NCBI RefSeq assembly: GCF_000164865.1
Contig: NC_014618.1
Coordinates: 661,753 to 725,752 of the forward strand
Length of the DNA stretch: 64,000 bases
DNA from: [Enterobacter] lignolyticus SCF1
Lineage (GTDB): Bacteria > Pseudomonadota > Gammaproteobacteria > Enterobacterales > Enterobacteriaceae
Direction: 5' to 3'
Shown one piece after another: positions 9,718-18,421 of the stretch. Each line of letters begins with the position of its first letter. Positions within the stretch are counted from its first letter, which is position 1. Under the pieces are notes generated by a model, which saw only the letters and a program-made list of their open reading frames with translations, was not told the DNA's origin and did not search any database. The translations under genes were made by a program, and so were the position numbers.

Positions 9718-11091
9718 TTATTGCTGTGGGCGGCGGTTGCGCCAGGCGGTTAAGACATCAGAGCGGGTAATGAGCCCTAAAAACTGGCGATCGTCGACGA
9801 CGACCGCCACCTGGCCCCGGTCGAAAATGGCGTTCAGAGCCTGTTCCGGGGCGCGTTTATCCAGCAGTTCGACGCTGCGGGTCATGGCGGCGGTGACCGG
9901 CAGCGTGAAGCGTTCGCTGTCGCCCTGCACGTAGCGGACCAGATCCCACTCGTCGATGATGCCAACCACCTGACCTTCCTCCAGCACCGGGAGCTGTGAG
10001 ATATCGTACAGCCGCATGCGGTTGAGCACTGCGGCCAGGGTGTCGTCAGGAGAGGCGGTGACCGTCGCGCCCTCGTCGTGGCGCAGGGCGATAAAATCGC
10101 TCAGGTCGCCGACGGCGGGACGGGAGAGCAGCCCCTGCTGGCGCATCCAGTCATCGTTGAACATTTTCGACAGGTATTTATTGCCGCTGTCGCAGGCGAA
10201 GGTGACCACCCGTTTCGGTGTGGTCTGGGCGCGGCAGTAGCGCAGGGCCGCCGCCAGCAGGGTGCCGGTCGACGACCCGGCGAGGATCCCTTCAACTTTC
10301 AGCAGCTCGCGGGCGGTAGCGAACGCCTCGCCATCGCCGATGCGAAACGCGGTGCGCACCTGCTCAATGTGCGCCAGCGGCGGAATAAAGTCCTCGCCGA
10401 TCCCTTCGACCAGCCAGGCGCCGGGGTTGCCATAGCGTCCGGTTTCCACCCGATCGGCAAGAATGGAGCCTGCCGGGTCGGCCAGCACAAACTCCGTGGC
10501 CGGCGAGTGCTGGCGAAACCAGGCCTGCAGGCCGCCCAGCGTACCGCCGGAGCCGACGCCGACCACCACCGCATCAACCTGGCCGCCGAGCTGGTCGAAC
10601 AGCTCCGGCGCGGTGGTGCTGGCGTGCGCCAGCGGGTTGGCGTCGTTGTTGAACTGATCGATATACAGCGCGTCAGGGATGCTTTTGCTCAGACGCAGCG
10701 CGTAGTCCTGGTAATAGGCCGGGTGGCCTTTGCCGACGTCAGAGCGGGTCAGCACCACCTGCGCGCCGAGCGCCCGCAGATGGAAAATCTTCTCACGGCT
10801 CATTTTGTCCGGCACCACCAGGATAAGCGAATAGCCCTTCTGCGCGGCAATCAGCGCCAGCCCCAGCCCGGTATTGCCCGCCGTGGCTTCAATTAGCGTG
10901 CCGCCGGGCTTGAGGCGGCCGCTTTTCTCCGCCTCGGTAATCATCGACAGCGCCACGCGGTCCTTAATGGAGCCGCCGGGATTCTGGTTTTCCAGCTTCA
11001 GGAACAGCTCGCAAACGCCGGTATCCAGCTTGTGCAGCTGGATTACCGGGGTGTGGCCAATCAGGTCCGTTACGGAATGATAGATAGTCAT
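9718..11091 (-). CDS. Cystathionine beta-synthase (CysK-fold PLP domain plus C-terminal CBS pair)
   Basis: 457 aa. The N-terminal half is O-acetylserine sulfhydrylase-like (GSIKDR, TAGNTGLGLA, GSGGT). The C-terminal ~120 aa carry tandem CBS domains. Confidence 0.8.
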   Translation of the reverse strand: MTIYHSVTDLIGHTPVIQLHKLDTGVCELFLKLENQNPGGSIKDRVALSMITEAEKSGRLKPGGTLIEATAGNTGLGLALIAAQKGYSLILVVPDKMSREKIFHLRALGAQVVLTRSDVGKGHPAYYQDYALRLSKSIPDALYIDQFNNDANPLAHASTTAPELFDQLGGQVDAVVVGVGSGGTLGGLQAWFRQHSPATEFVLADPAGSILADRVETGRYGNPGAWLVEGIGEDFIPPLAHIEQVRTAFRIGDGEAFATARELLKVEGILAGSSTGTLLAAALRYCRAQTTPKRVVTFACDSGNKYLSKMFNDDWMRQQGLLSRPAVGDLSDFIALRHDEGATVTASPDDTLAAVLNRMRLYDISQLPVLEEGQVVGIIDEWDLVRYVQGDSERFTLPVTAAMTRSVELLDKRAPEQALNAIFDRGQVAVVVDDRQFLGLITRSDVLTAWRNRRPQQ

Positions 11092-11434
11092 CAGATGTCG
11101 CTCTGTAGAGAGAAGATGACCCGATGGTAGGGCGGCGAAATTTTTCCGATAAAGAATTTTTCACTGCCTTTTAGCGCGAAAAGGAATATGACGTGCTGTT
11201 TTAGCGGTCGGGATGGCAAGCCGTACGGCAGTGTGGAAGTGTCGATGTCTGAATAGAGCAAAAAAGGCGTTTTTTTCGCCATTTTTGCCCTGTTGTATCC
11301 GTGCGTATGCCGTTTTCAGCATAAACATTGCCGATATTTTGCTAATGCGGAGCAAACCCCTGTGCGGGCGCTTTAGCGCTGAGAAGTATAACCATATTCC
11401 ATTTATTTCTTTGAATTATAAGCCGCACTCCGGC

Positions 11435-11466
11435 TATCGTCTGGACGTCCATACTTCTGAATGTCC
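11435..11466. promoter_or_regulatory. Putative MetJ operator (about four tandem met-box-like 8-mers) overlapping the metN-like start region
   Basis: tATCGTCT GGACGTCC ATACTTCT GAATGTCC, compared with the met-box AGACGTCT, gives 5/8, 6/8, 6/8 and 4/8 matches. It lies immediately upstream of the transporter ATG. Confidence 0.3.
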
Positions 11467-11472
11467 ATAATA

Positions 11473-12495
11473 ATGATTGTACTCGAGCGTATTAATAAAA
11501 TTTTTGACCACGGCAAGACGCCCATTACCGCCGTGGACGACGTCAGTCTGCGCGTCGAAAAGGGGCAAATTTACGGCATTATCGGCTACAGCGGCGCGGG
11601 TAAGAGCACCCTGATTCGCCTGCTTAACGGCCTGGAAAAGCCGACGACCGGCAGCGTCACGATTAACGGCCAGCAGATCTCCGCCGCCAAAGGCGAGGCG
11701 CTGCGTCGGGCGCGGCTGAAGATAAGTATGGTGTTCCAGCACTTTAACTTGCTGTGGTCGCGTACGGTCAGCGAAAACATCGCCTTTTCAATGCAAATTG
11801 CCGGCGCGCCGAAGGCGCAGATCGCCGCCCGCGTGGCGGAGCTGATTGCGCTGGTAGGGCTGACCGGGCGCGAGAGGGCGTATCCGTCCCAGCTTTCCGG
11901 CGGCCAGAAACAGCGCGTCGGGATTGCCCGCGCGCTGGCCAATAGCCCGGATGTGCTGCTGTGCGATGAGGCGACCTCGGCGCTGGATCCGCAGACCACC
12001 GATCAGATCCTTGAGCTGCTGCTCGACATTAACCGTCGTTTCGGCCTGACCATCGTGCTTATCACCCACGAGATGCACGTGGTGCGCAAAATTTGCGACC
12101 GCGTGGCGGTGATGGAAAACGGCAAAGTGGTGGAAGAGGGCGAGGTGATTCGCGTGTTCACCCACCCGCAGCAGGCGATCACCCGCCAGTTCGTGCGTCA
12201 GGTGAGCCAGTACGCGGACGACGAAGATTTTGACCCTGAGCTGACCCGCGACCTGCAGGGTAGCGTGATTAAGCTGACCTTTACCGGGCACAGCACCCAC
12301 CGGCCGGTGGTCGGGGAGCTGACCCTGCGCTACGGCCTGCCGTTTAACATTCTGCACGGCAAGATGACCCAGACCGCCAACGGCGCGTTTGGCCAGCTGT
12401 GGGTGCACGTCAGCGCCAGCCAGGAGCAGCTCGCCAACATCCTTGCGGATCTTCAGCGTAGCGATATCGACGGCGAGGTGATTGCCCATGGCTGA
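11473..12495 (+). CDS. metN: Methionine-type ABC importer ATP-binding protein (MetN paralogue with C-terminal NIL/ACT-like domain)
   Basis: Walker A (GYSGAGKST), signature ([15 protein letters not shown]), Walker B ([11 protein letters not shown]) and a C-terminal regulatory domain as in MetN. ATGs at 11461 and 11473 are both possible; 11473 matches the E. coli MetN N-terminus (MI.L..I.K.F). Confidence 0.75.
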   Translation: MIVLERINKIFDHGKTPITAVDDVSLRVEKGQIYGIIGYSGAGKSTLIRLLNGLEKPTTGSVTINGQQISAAKGEALRRARLKISMVFQHFNLLWSRTVSENIAFSMQIAGAPKAQIAARVAELIALVGLTGRERAYPSQLSGGQKQRVGIARALANSPDVLLCDEATSALDPQTTDQILELLLDINRRFGLTIVLITHEMHVVRKICDRVAVMENGKVVEEGEVIRVFTHPQQAITRQFVRQVSQYADDEDFDPELTRDLQGSVIKLTFTGHSTHRPVVGELTLRYGLPFNILHGKMTQTANGAFGQLWVHVSASQEQLANILADLQRSDIDGEVIAHG

Positions 12496-13156
12496 ACAAT
12501 GGTTTCCTCATTTGCAGTGGGACCTGCTGCTGGCGGCGACCCAGGAGACGCTGTATATGACCGCGCTTGCCGGCGCGGCGACGTTTGTGCTCGGCATCAC
12601 GCTGGGGCTGACGCTGTTCCTGACGGCGAAAGGCGGCCTGTTTCAGCACCGGACGGTGTACAGCGCTATCTCGCTTCTGGTGAACGTGTTCCGCTCGATC
12701 CCGTTCATCATCCTGATAGTTCTGCTGATCCCGTTCACCAAGGCCATCGTCGGCACCATTCTGGGAGCGGATGCGGCGCTACCGGCGCTGATAGTCGGCG
12801 CGGCGCCGTTTTACGCGCGGCTGGTCGAAATCGCCCTGCGCGAAGTGGACAAAGGCGTGATTGAGGCCACCCGTTCGATGGGGGCAAAACTGTCGACGCT
12901 GATTTTCCGCGTCCTGTTGCCGGAATCGTCTCCGGCGCTGGTGTCGGGGATTACCGTCACGCTGATTGCGCTGGTGAGCTACAGCGCAATGGCTGGGGTG
13001 ATTGGCGCAGGCGGCTTAGGCAACCTCGCCTATCTGGAAGGGTTTCAACGCAACCATAACGACGTCACGCTGGTGGCGACGGTGACCATTCTGCTCATCG
13101 TTTTCATCATCCAGCTTGTTGGCGACGTCATCACTTCTCTTTTAGACAAACGATAA
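12482..13156 (+). CDS. metI: Methionine-type ABC importer permease (MetI-like)
   Basis: 224 aa polytopic membrane protein with the EAA-loop-like motif (EATRSMGAKLSTLIFRVLLPES). It overlaps the metN stop. Confidence 0.75.
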   Translation: MPMAEQWFPHLQWDLLLAATQETLYMTALAGAATFVLGITLGLTLFLTAKGGLFQHRTVYSAISLLVNVFRSIPFIILIVLLIPFTKAIVGTILGADAALPALIVGAAPFYARLVEIALREVDKGVIEATRSMGAKLSTLIFRVLLPESSPALVSGITVTLIALVSYSAMAGVIGAGGLGNLAYLEGFQRNHNDVTLVATVTILLIVFIIQLVGDVITSLLDKR

Positions 13157-13173
13157 TACTTTGGGGCCATACC

Positions 13174-13986
13174 ATGAAAAAAACACTGACGTTGATTGCC
13201 GCAGCAACCCTGAGCGTACTGAGCGCCGCCTCCTGGGCCGATACCCTGACCGTGGGCGCCTCGAACGTACCGCACGCCGAAATTCTCGAGCAGGCGAAGC
13301 CGATTCTGGCAAAAGAGGGGATCGATCTGGAAATCAAGCGTTTCCAGGACTACATCCTGCCGAACACCGCGCTGGCGGGACGGGAAATTGACGCCAACTA
13401 CTTCCAGCATATTCCGTACCTCAACAGCGTGCTGAAGGATCACGCCGGGGATAAAGAGTATGACTTCGTTAGCGCGGGCGCGATTCATATTGAGCCGATC
13501 GGCATCTATTCGAAAAAATACAAATCGCTGAAGGACTTGCCGGAGGGCGGCAAGATCCTGCTGCGCGACGCGGTGGCGGAAGAGGGGCGTATTCTCTCGA
13601 TCTTTGAAAAAGAGGGCGTGATTACGCTGAAGCCGGGCGTTGATAAGGTGAAGGCGCGCATCAGCGATATCGTGGAGAACCCGAAAAAGCTGAAGTTCCT
13701 GCCGAACGTGGAGGCCTCTCTGCTGCCGCAGATGTATAAAAACAACGAGGGCGACGCGGTGGTGATTAACGCCAACTACGCCATCGACGCCGGTCTGGAC
13801 CCGGTGCACGACCCGATTGCGGTCGAAAGCGGTGAAAATAACCCGTATGCCAACATCATTACCGTGCATCGCGGCGATGAGAAGAAAAAGGATATCGTTG
13901 CGCTGGTCAATGTGCTGCACTCCAAAGAGATTCAGGACTGGATCCGCAGTAAATATAAAGGCGCGGTGATCCCGGTGAGCAACTGA
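13174..13986 (+). CDS. metQ: MetQ/NlpA-family substrate-binding lipoprotein
   Basis: 270 aa with a signal peptide (MKKTLTLIAAATLSVLSAASWA) and the NlpA-family core (GASNVPHAEILE...). It is the third gene of the transporter operon. Confidence 0.7.
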   Translation: MKKTLTLIAAATLSVLSAASWADTLTVGASNVPHAEILEQAKPILAKEGIDLEIKRFQDYILPNTALAGREIDANYFQHIPYLNSVLKDHAGDKEYDFVSAGAIHIEPIGIYSKKYKSLKDLPEGGKILLRDAVAEEGRILSIFEKEGVITLKPGVDKVKARISDIVENPKKLKFLPNVEASLLPQMYKNNEGDAVVINANYAIDAGLDPVHDPIAVESGENNPYANIITVHRGDEKKKDIVALVNVLHSKEIQDWIRSKYKGAVIPVSN

Positions 13987-14112
13987 TCACCGGCGCGCGT
14001 CCTCTGCGTGAGGCAGAGGGCGCGTTCCGCTGAAGACACTTCTTTACAGCATTACCATTGCCAAAACGCGCTCACCCTATAAGATAAGCCTCGTGAATAA
14101 TTGAGGCCGATC

Positions 14113-14472
14113 ATGATCAAGCGACAGCGAAAAGCCATTCTTCTTGTAGTCCTTGCCTGTCTGGTGGTGCTGGTATGCACCGCGCAGCGGATGGCGGGCC
14201 TGCACGCGCTGGTCATGAACGCCGCCGCCGTGACGCAGACCGCGTCGCCAACTCCGGACCGCGCCGAGGCGCCGGTTTCCCCCTGCGAGCTGAGCGCGAA
14301 GTCGCTGCTGGCCTCGCCGCCGGTGCTGTTTGAAGGGGCGATGGTCGCTATCGCGCTGCTGCTGGCCGTACTGGCGGCGATACCCTCGCGGCCTGTACGC
14401 CTCTGGCCTCCCCGCGTTATTTCCCCGCCCCGGCTACGGGTGCATCTACGATTATGCGTTTTCCGTGAATGA
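14113..14472 (+). CDS. scsA: Small membrane protein ScsA-like (suppressor of copper sensitivity locus)
   Basis: 119 aa with an N-terminal TM segment, upstream of scsBCD. The ATG at 14113 has GAGG 7 nt upstream; the ORF-track start at 14101 is a TTG. Confidence 0.5.
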   Translation: MIKRQRKAILLVVLACLVVLVCTAQRMAGLHALVMNAAAVTQTASPTPDRAEAPVSPCELSAKSLLASPPVLFEGAMVAIALLLAVLAAIPSRPVRLWPPRVISPPRLRVHLRLCVFRE

Positions 14473-14520
14473 GCATTGGCCTGACAACTCAGGTTAATCA
14501 ATCATTTATGGAGAATTTTC

Positions 14521-16527
14521 ATGCATATTTTATTCAGGCGGCTGCTGGTCTGCCTGCTATGGTTATGGCTGCCCGTCAGCCAGGCCGCCGACAGCGGCTG
14601 GCTGCGCGCGGCCGATAATCAACACGCCAGCGTCAGGCTGCGCGCCCAGACGCAGGACAGCGGCGAAACGCGCCTGCTGCTGGATGTCGCCCTCGAAAAG
14701 GGCTGGAAAACCTACTGGCGTTCGCCGGGAGAAGGGGGGATTGCGCCCGCCATCGCCTGGGAGAAACCGCTGGCGGTTACGTGGCGCTGGCCGACGCCGC
14801 AGCGTTTTGAGGTGGCCGGGATTTCGACCCAGGGCTATCACGGCAACGTCAGCTTTCCGATGACGATAGCCGGCGCGCCGCCGGTGCTGAAGGGCGTGCT
14901 GACGCTTTCAACCTGCAGCAACGTCTGCATTCTGACCGACTATCCCTTCTCGCTGGATATGTCCACGCCCGCGGGAGACCGCTTTAGCTACGACTTTACC
15001 CGCGCCATGGGCACGCTGCCGCGCCCTGACGGTCTGACCTCGCAGCTTAGCGCGTCTTATGCGCCAGGCACGCTGACGGTGACCGCCGTGCGCAGCGCAG
15101 GCTGGCCGCAGCCGTCGCTGTTTTTCGACAGCATGGAGGATGTGGATTTCGGTCGCCCGACCTTTTCCGTGACGGGCGATACCCTCACCGCCACTGTGCC
15201 GGTCAGCGACAGCTGGGGCGACGCCGCGCCGGATCTCAGCGGCAAGCGCGTGTCGCTGGTGCTGGCGGACAGCGGTCAGGCGCAGGAGAGTACGGTTACG
15301 CCCGGCACAGGCTCGCCCGCGGCTGGCGTTTCGCTGGGCTGGGCGCTGCTGATGGCGCTGGCGGGCGGGCTAATCCTCAACGTGATGCCCTGCGTACTGC
15401 CGGTGCTGGCGATGAAGCTGGGCTCGCTGGTCCAGACCCGGACCGCGGAGCGCGGCGCGGTACGGCGGCAGTTTCTGGCCTCCGTCAGCGGCATTGTGGC
15501 GTCGTTCCTTGCGCTGGCGCTGATGATGACGCTGCTGCGGCTCGGCAACCAGGCGCTGGGCTGGGGCATTCAGTTTCAGAACCCGTGGTTTATCGGCGTG
15601 ATGGCGCTGGTGATGGTGCTGTTTAGCGCCAGCCTGCTGGGCTTCTTTGAGCTTCGCCTTTCCTCCGGCGCCAGCACCTTCCTGGCGACGCGCGGCGGCA
15701 GCGGGCTGATGGGGCATTTCTGGCAGGGCGCCTTCGCCACGCTGCTGGCGACCCCTTGTACCGCGCCGTTTCTCGGTACCGCCGTGTCGGTGGCGCTGGT
15801 GGCGCCGCTGCCGCTGCTGTGGGGGATATTTCTGGCGATGGGCATCGGTATGAGCCTGCCGTGGCTTTTGATTGTCGCAAGGCCCGGGCTTGCGCTGCGA
15901 CTGCCGCGCCCGGGACGCTGGATGAACGTCGTGCGTATCGTGCTCGGGCTGATGATGCTCGGATCGTCCCTGTGGCTGATAAGCCTGCTGACGGCGCACA
16001 TTGGCCGCGGGCCGGTGCTGGGGCTGATGGCGGCGCTGGCGGCGTTGCTGTGGCTGGCGACGCTCTGGCGCTACCGCTGGCGTACGGCGCTGCGGGCGGG
16101 CGCGCTGGCGCTGGTAATTGCGGCGGCGGCTGGCGCGGTCTCCTGGCCTGACGGCTCAGAGACGTCGCGCGATCGGGTCAACTGGCGGCCGCTCAGCGAG
16201 CAGGCGATAGCCGATGCGCTGGCGAACCACCAGCGGGTCTTCGTCGATGTCACCGCCGACTGGTGCGTGACCTGTAAAGCCAATAAATACAACGTCCTGC
16301 TGCGTGATGACGTGCAGGATGCCCTCTCTGAACCGGATGTGGTCGCGCTGCGCGGCGACTGGAGCCGCCCTTCTGAAACCATCAGCCGGTTCCTGACCGC
16401 CCGCGGCAGCGCGGCGGTGCCGTTTAATCAGATCTATGGACCGGGGTTACCGCAGGGCCGCGTGCTGCCTGCGCTGTTAAGCCGCGAAGAGGTTATGACC
16501 ACCCTGTCCGATGCAAAAGGAAAATAA
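14521..16527 (+). CDS. scsB: DsbD-family thiol:disulfide interchange protein ScsB
   Basis: 668 aa. It has an N-terminal periplasmic domain (Cys pair CSNVC), a central DsbD-type TM core with conserved cysteines (NVMPCVLPVL, TPCTAP) and a C-terminal thioredoxin domain (DWCVTCK). Confidence 0.85.
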   Translation: MHILFRRLLVCLLWLWLPVSQAADSGWLRAADNQHASVRLRAQTQDSGETRLLLDVALEKGWKTYWRSPGEGGIAPAIAWEKPLAVTWRWPTPQRFEVAGISTQGYHGNVSFPMTIAGAPPVLKGVLTLSTCSNVCILTDYPFSLDMSTPAGDRFSYDFTRAMGTLPRPDGLTSQLSASYAPGTLTVTAVRSAGWPQPSLFFDSMEDVDFGRPTFSVTGDTLTATVPVSDSWGDAAPDLSGKRVSLVLADSGQAQESTVTPGTGSPAAGVSLGWALLMALAGGLILNVMPCVLPVLAMKLGSLVQTRTAERGAVRRQFLASVSGIVASFLALALMMTLLRLGNQALGWGIQFQNPWFIGVMALVMVLFSASLLGFFELRLSSGASTFLATRGGSGLMGHFWQGAFATLLATPCTAPFLGTAVSVALVAPLPLLWGIFLAMGIGMSLPWLLIVARPGLALRLPRPGRWMNVVRIVLGLMMLGSSLWLISLLTAHIGRGPVLGLMAALAALLWLATLWRYRWRTALRAGALALVIAAAAGAVSWPDGSETSRDRVNWRPLSEQAIADALANHQRVFVDVTADWCVTCKANKYNVLLRDDVQDALSEPDVVALRGDWSRPSETISRFLTARGSAAVPFNQIYGPGLPQGRVLPALLSREEVMTTLSDAKGK

Positions 16528-17159
16528 TGATGAAACTGTTGACTGCACTTCTCCTGCTCTGTTTTTCGGCGTTCAGCGTAGCGGCGCCCGCCGCCCCGGC
16601 GGCAGAGGACCCACCGCCAGCGGATTCCACGCAGGCGCAGCTGGAAGCGCTGCTGTTTAAAGATCCCAGCAGCCCGCGCATGGGGGCTGAGAAGCCGCGC
16701 CTGATCATCGTGACTTTCACCGATTACAACTGTCCGTACTGCAAGCAGTTCGATCCGATGCTGGAGAAGGTCGTGCACGATAACCCGGACGTGCAGCTTA
16801 TCGTGAAGCTGCTGCCGTTCAAGGGGCAGAGCTCGGTCAACGCCGCGAAGGCGGCGCTGTCGACCTGGCGCCAGCAGCCGGAACGGTTCTGGCCGCTGCA
16901 CCAGCGCCTGATGGCGAAGAAAGGGTATCACGATGACGCCAGCATCCTCGCGGCGCAGAAGAAGACCGGTACCGACGGCATCCGTGTGGATGAAAAAACC
17001 ATGGAGCCGCTGAAGATGAACCTGATTTTGTCCCAGGTGCTGGGCATTCAGGGCACGCCTGCGACCCTGATCGGCGATCAGATGGTGGCGGGCGCTATCC
17101 CGCAGGATGAACTGGAGGCGCTGGTGAAAGAGCAGCTGGCGAAAGCGCGTGCGGGCTAA
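16527..17159 (+). CDS. scsC: DsbA/DsbG-like periplasmic thioredoxin ScsC
   Basis: 210 aa with a signal peptide and a CPYC active site (DYNCPYCKQFDP). Its start overlaps the scsB stop. Confidence 0.85.
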   Translation: MMKLLTALLLLCFSAFSVAAPAAPAAEDPPPADSTQAQLEALLFKDPSSPRMGAEKPRLIIVTFTDYNCPYCKQFDPMLEKVVHDNPDVQLIVKLLPFKGQSSVNAAKAALSTWRQQPERFWPLHQRLMAKKGYHDDASILAAQKKTGTDGIRVDEKTMEPLKMNLILSQVLGIQGTPATLIGDQMVAGAIPQDELEALVKEQLAKARAG

Positions 17160-17649
17160 ACTGCGCCGCTGGCTGCGTGAAATCCTCATGCTGCTGCTGA
17201 TTGCCGCCGCGGCGATGTGGGCGATGGATACCCTGCGCAAACCCGCGCTGCCGCAGGGGTTTATCAGCACGCCACTGCATACGCTGGACGGCGAACAGGT
17301 TTTCCTGGCGACGCTGAGCCGCGAGCGGCCGTTGCTGGTTTACGTCTGGGCGACGTGGTGCGGGATTTGTCGCTACACCACGCCGTCCGTCGCAACACTG
17401 GCGCAAGAGGGCGGCAACGTGATGACGGTGGCGCTGCGTTCCGGCGATAACAGCACGCTGGAAAAATGGCTGTCACGCAAGGGATACGCGATACCCGTGG
17501 TTAACGACGCAACGGGTCAGCTTGCCCGTCAGTGGGATGTGCAGGTCACACCGACGCTATTGGTAATCGATAACGGCGAGGTGACCTCCATCACCACCGG
17601 CTGGACCAGCGGTTGGGGGATGCGTTTGCGGCTGTGGCTGGCATCGTGA
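17149..17649 (+). CDS. scsD: TlpA-like membrane-anchored thioredoxin ScsD
   Basis: 166 aa with an N-terminal TM anchor and a WCGIC thioredoxin motif (VWATWCGICR). Confidence 0.8.
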   Translation: MRAKLRRWLREILMLLLIAAAAMWAMDTLRKPALPQGFISTPLHTLDGEQVFLATLSRERPLLVYVWATWCGICRYTTPSVATLAQEGGNVMTVALRSGDNSTLEKWLSRKGYAIPVVNDATGQLARQWDVQVTPTLLVIDNGEVTSITTGWTSGWGMRLRLWLAS

Positions 17650-17772
17650 AGCGGTAAATGGCGCTGGGCCTGTTCATTACGGGCCTGGCGTCAAAAAGGC
17701 AGTAGTAAAGTTTAGAAATAAACGGTCTGAAGCACGGAATGCTACGAAGCACGATAAAGGACAGTATACTTT

Positions 17773-17997
17773 ATGAGCAGGTTAAATTTTGTACATGAGG
17801 TTGACGTGATGGATGATGCTGTACTGCATAGCGCAGGGTTAGACGAACTGTTGAGAATGCACCTGGACCGACACTTGCAGGGCGAAATACCGTACCTGCG
17901 GGCGCTGGAATTAGCCGTAGTGGAACTTAGCCGGGAAAACCGGGATATGAAAGCGCGACTGCTCGAATATTATAACGTGCAGGCTGGCGGACATTAA
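17773..17997 (+). CDS. Hypothetical small protein (74 aa)
   Basis: A stand-alone ORF with a reasonable gene context after the scs operon; no recognisable motif. Confidence 0.3.
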   Translation: MSRLNFVHEVDVMDDAVLHSAGLDELLRMHLDRHLQGEIPYLRALELAVVELSRENRDMKARLLEYYNVQAGGH

Positions 17998-18421
17998 TAC
18001 CATTATTGTCATCGGCAGGGGCGGGACGTCCTTGCCGGCCGTGGAAATACACAAGTACAGATGACGGTAGCCTGGCGCTGGACGGGTTATATATCATTTC
18101 CTTTCTTCCTATTTAAAAATGTAATCATTATTAACATCCAATGCTACTCTGTTTAAAGTTAAACGGAACGTTTCCTGTTTTTTCTGAAAAAGATACGTTG
18201 GCGCTCGGCTGTTTTATGTGATTAATGTCGTTAAATATATCCTGATTCATTCATCATGGGAATGTTGAAAATAAATCGATCGGTTATGTCTATTATTCCT
18301 GTACGTAAAAATGCAATGAATTTCCGATTTTGGTTTTACAATTAAGCGAAGTGAGGTTATTCCTGGAGGGAAATAAAACCGTTAAAACATAGCGCCAATA
18401 AAATATTCTAAGGAAATTCTT

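Noticed and set aside
13045-13920. 291-aa minus-strand ORF over metQ
   Set aside because: It is antisense to the MetQ-like lipoprotein gene and has no recognisable features.
15370-16001. Minus-strand ORFs (209 aa and 141 aa) within scsB
   Set aside because: They are antisense to the DsbD-family gene. The His/Gln/Arg-rich translations are GC artefacts.
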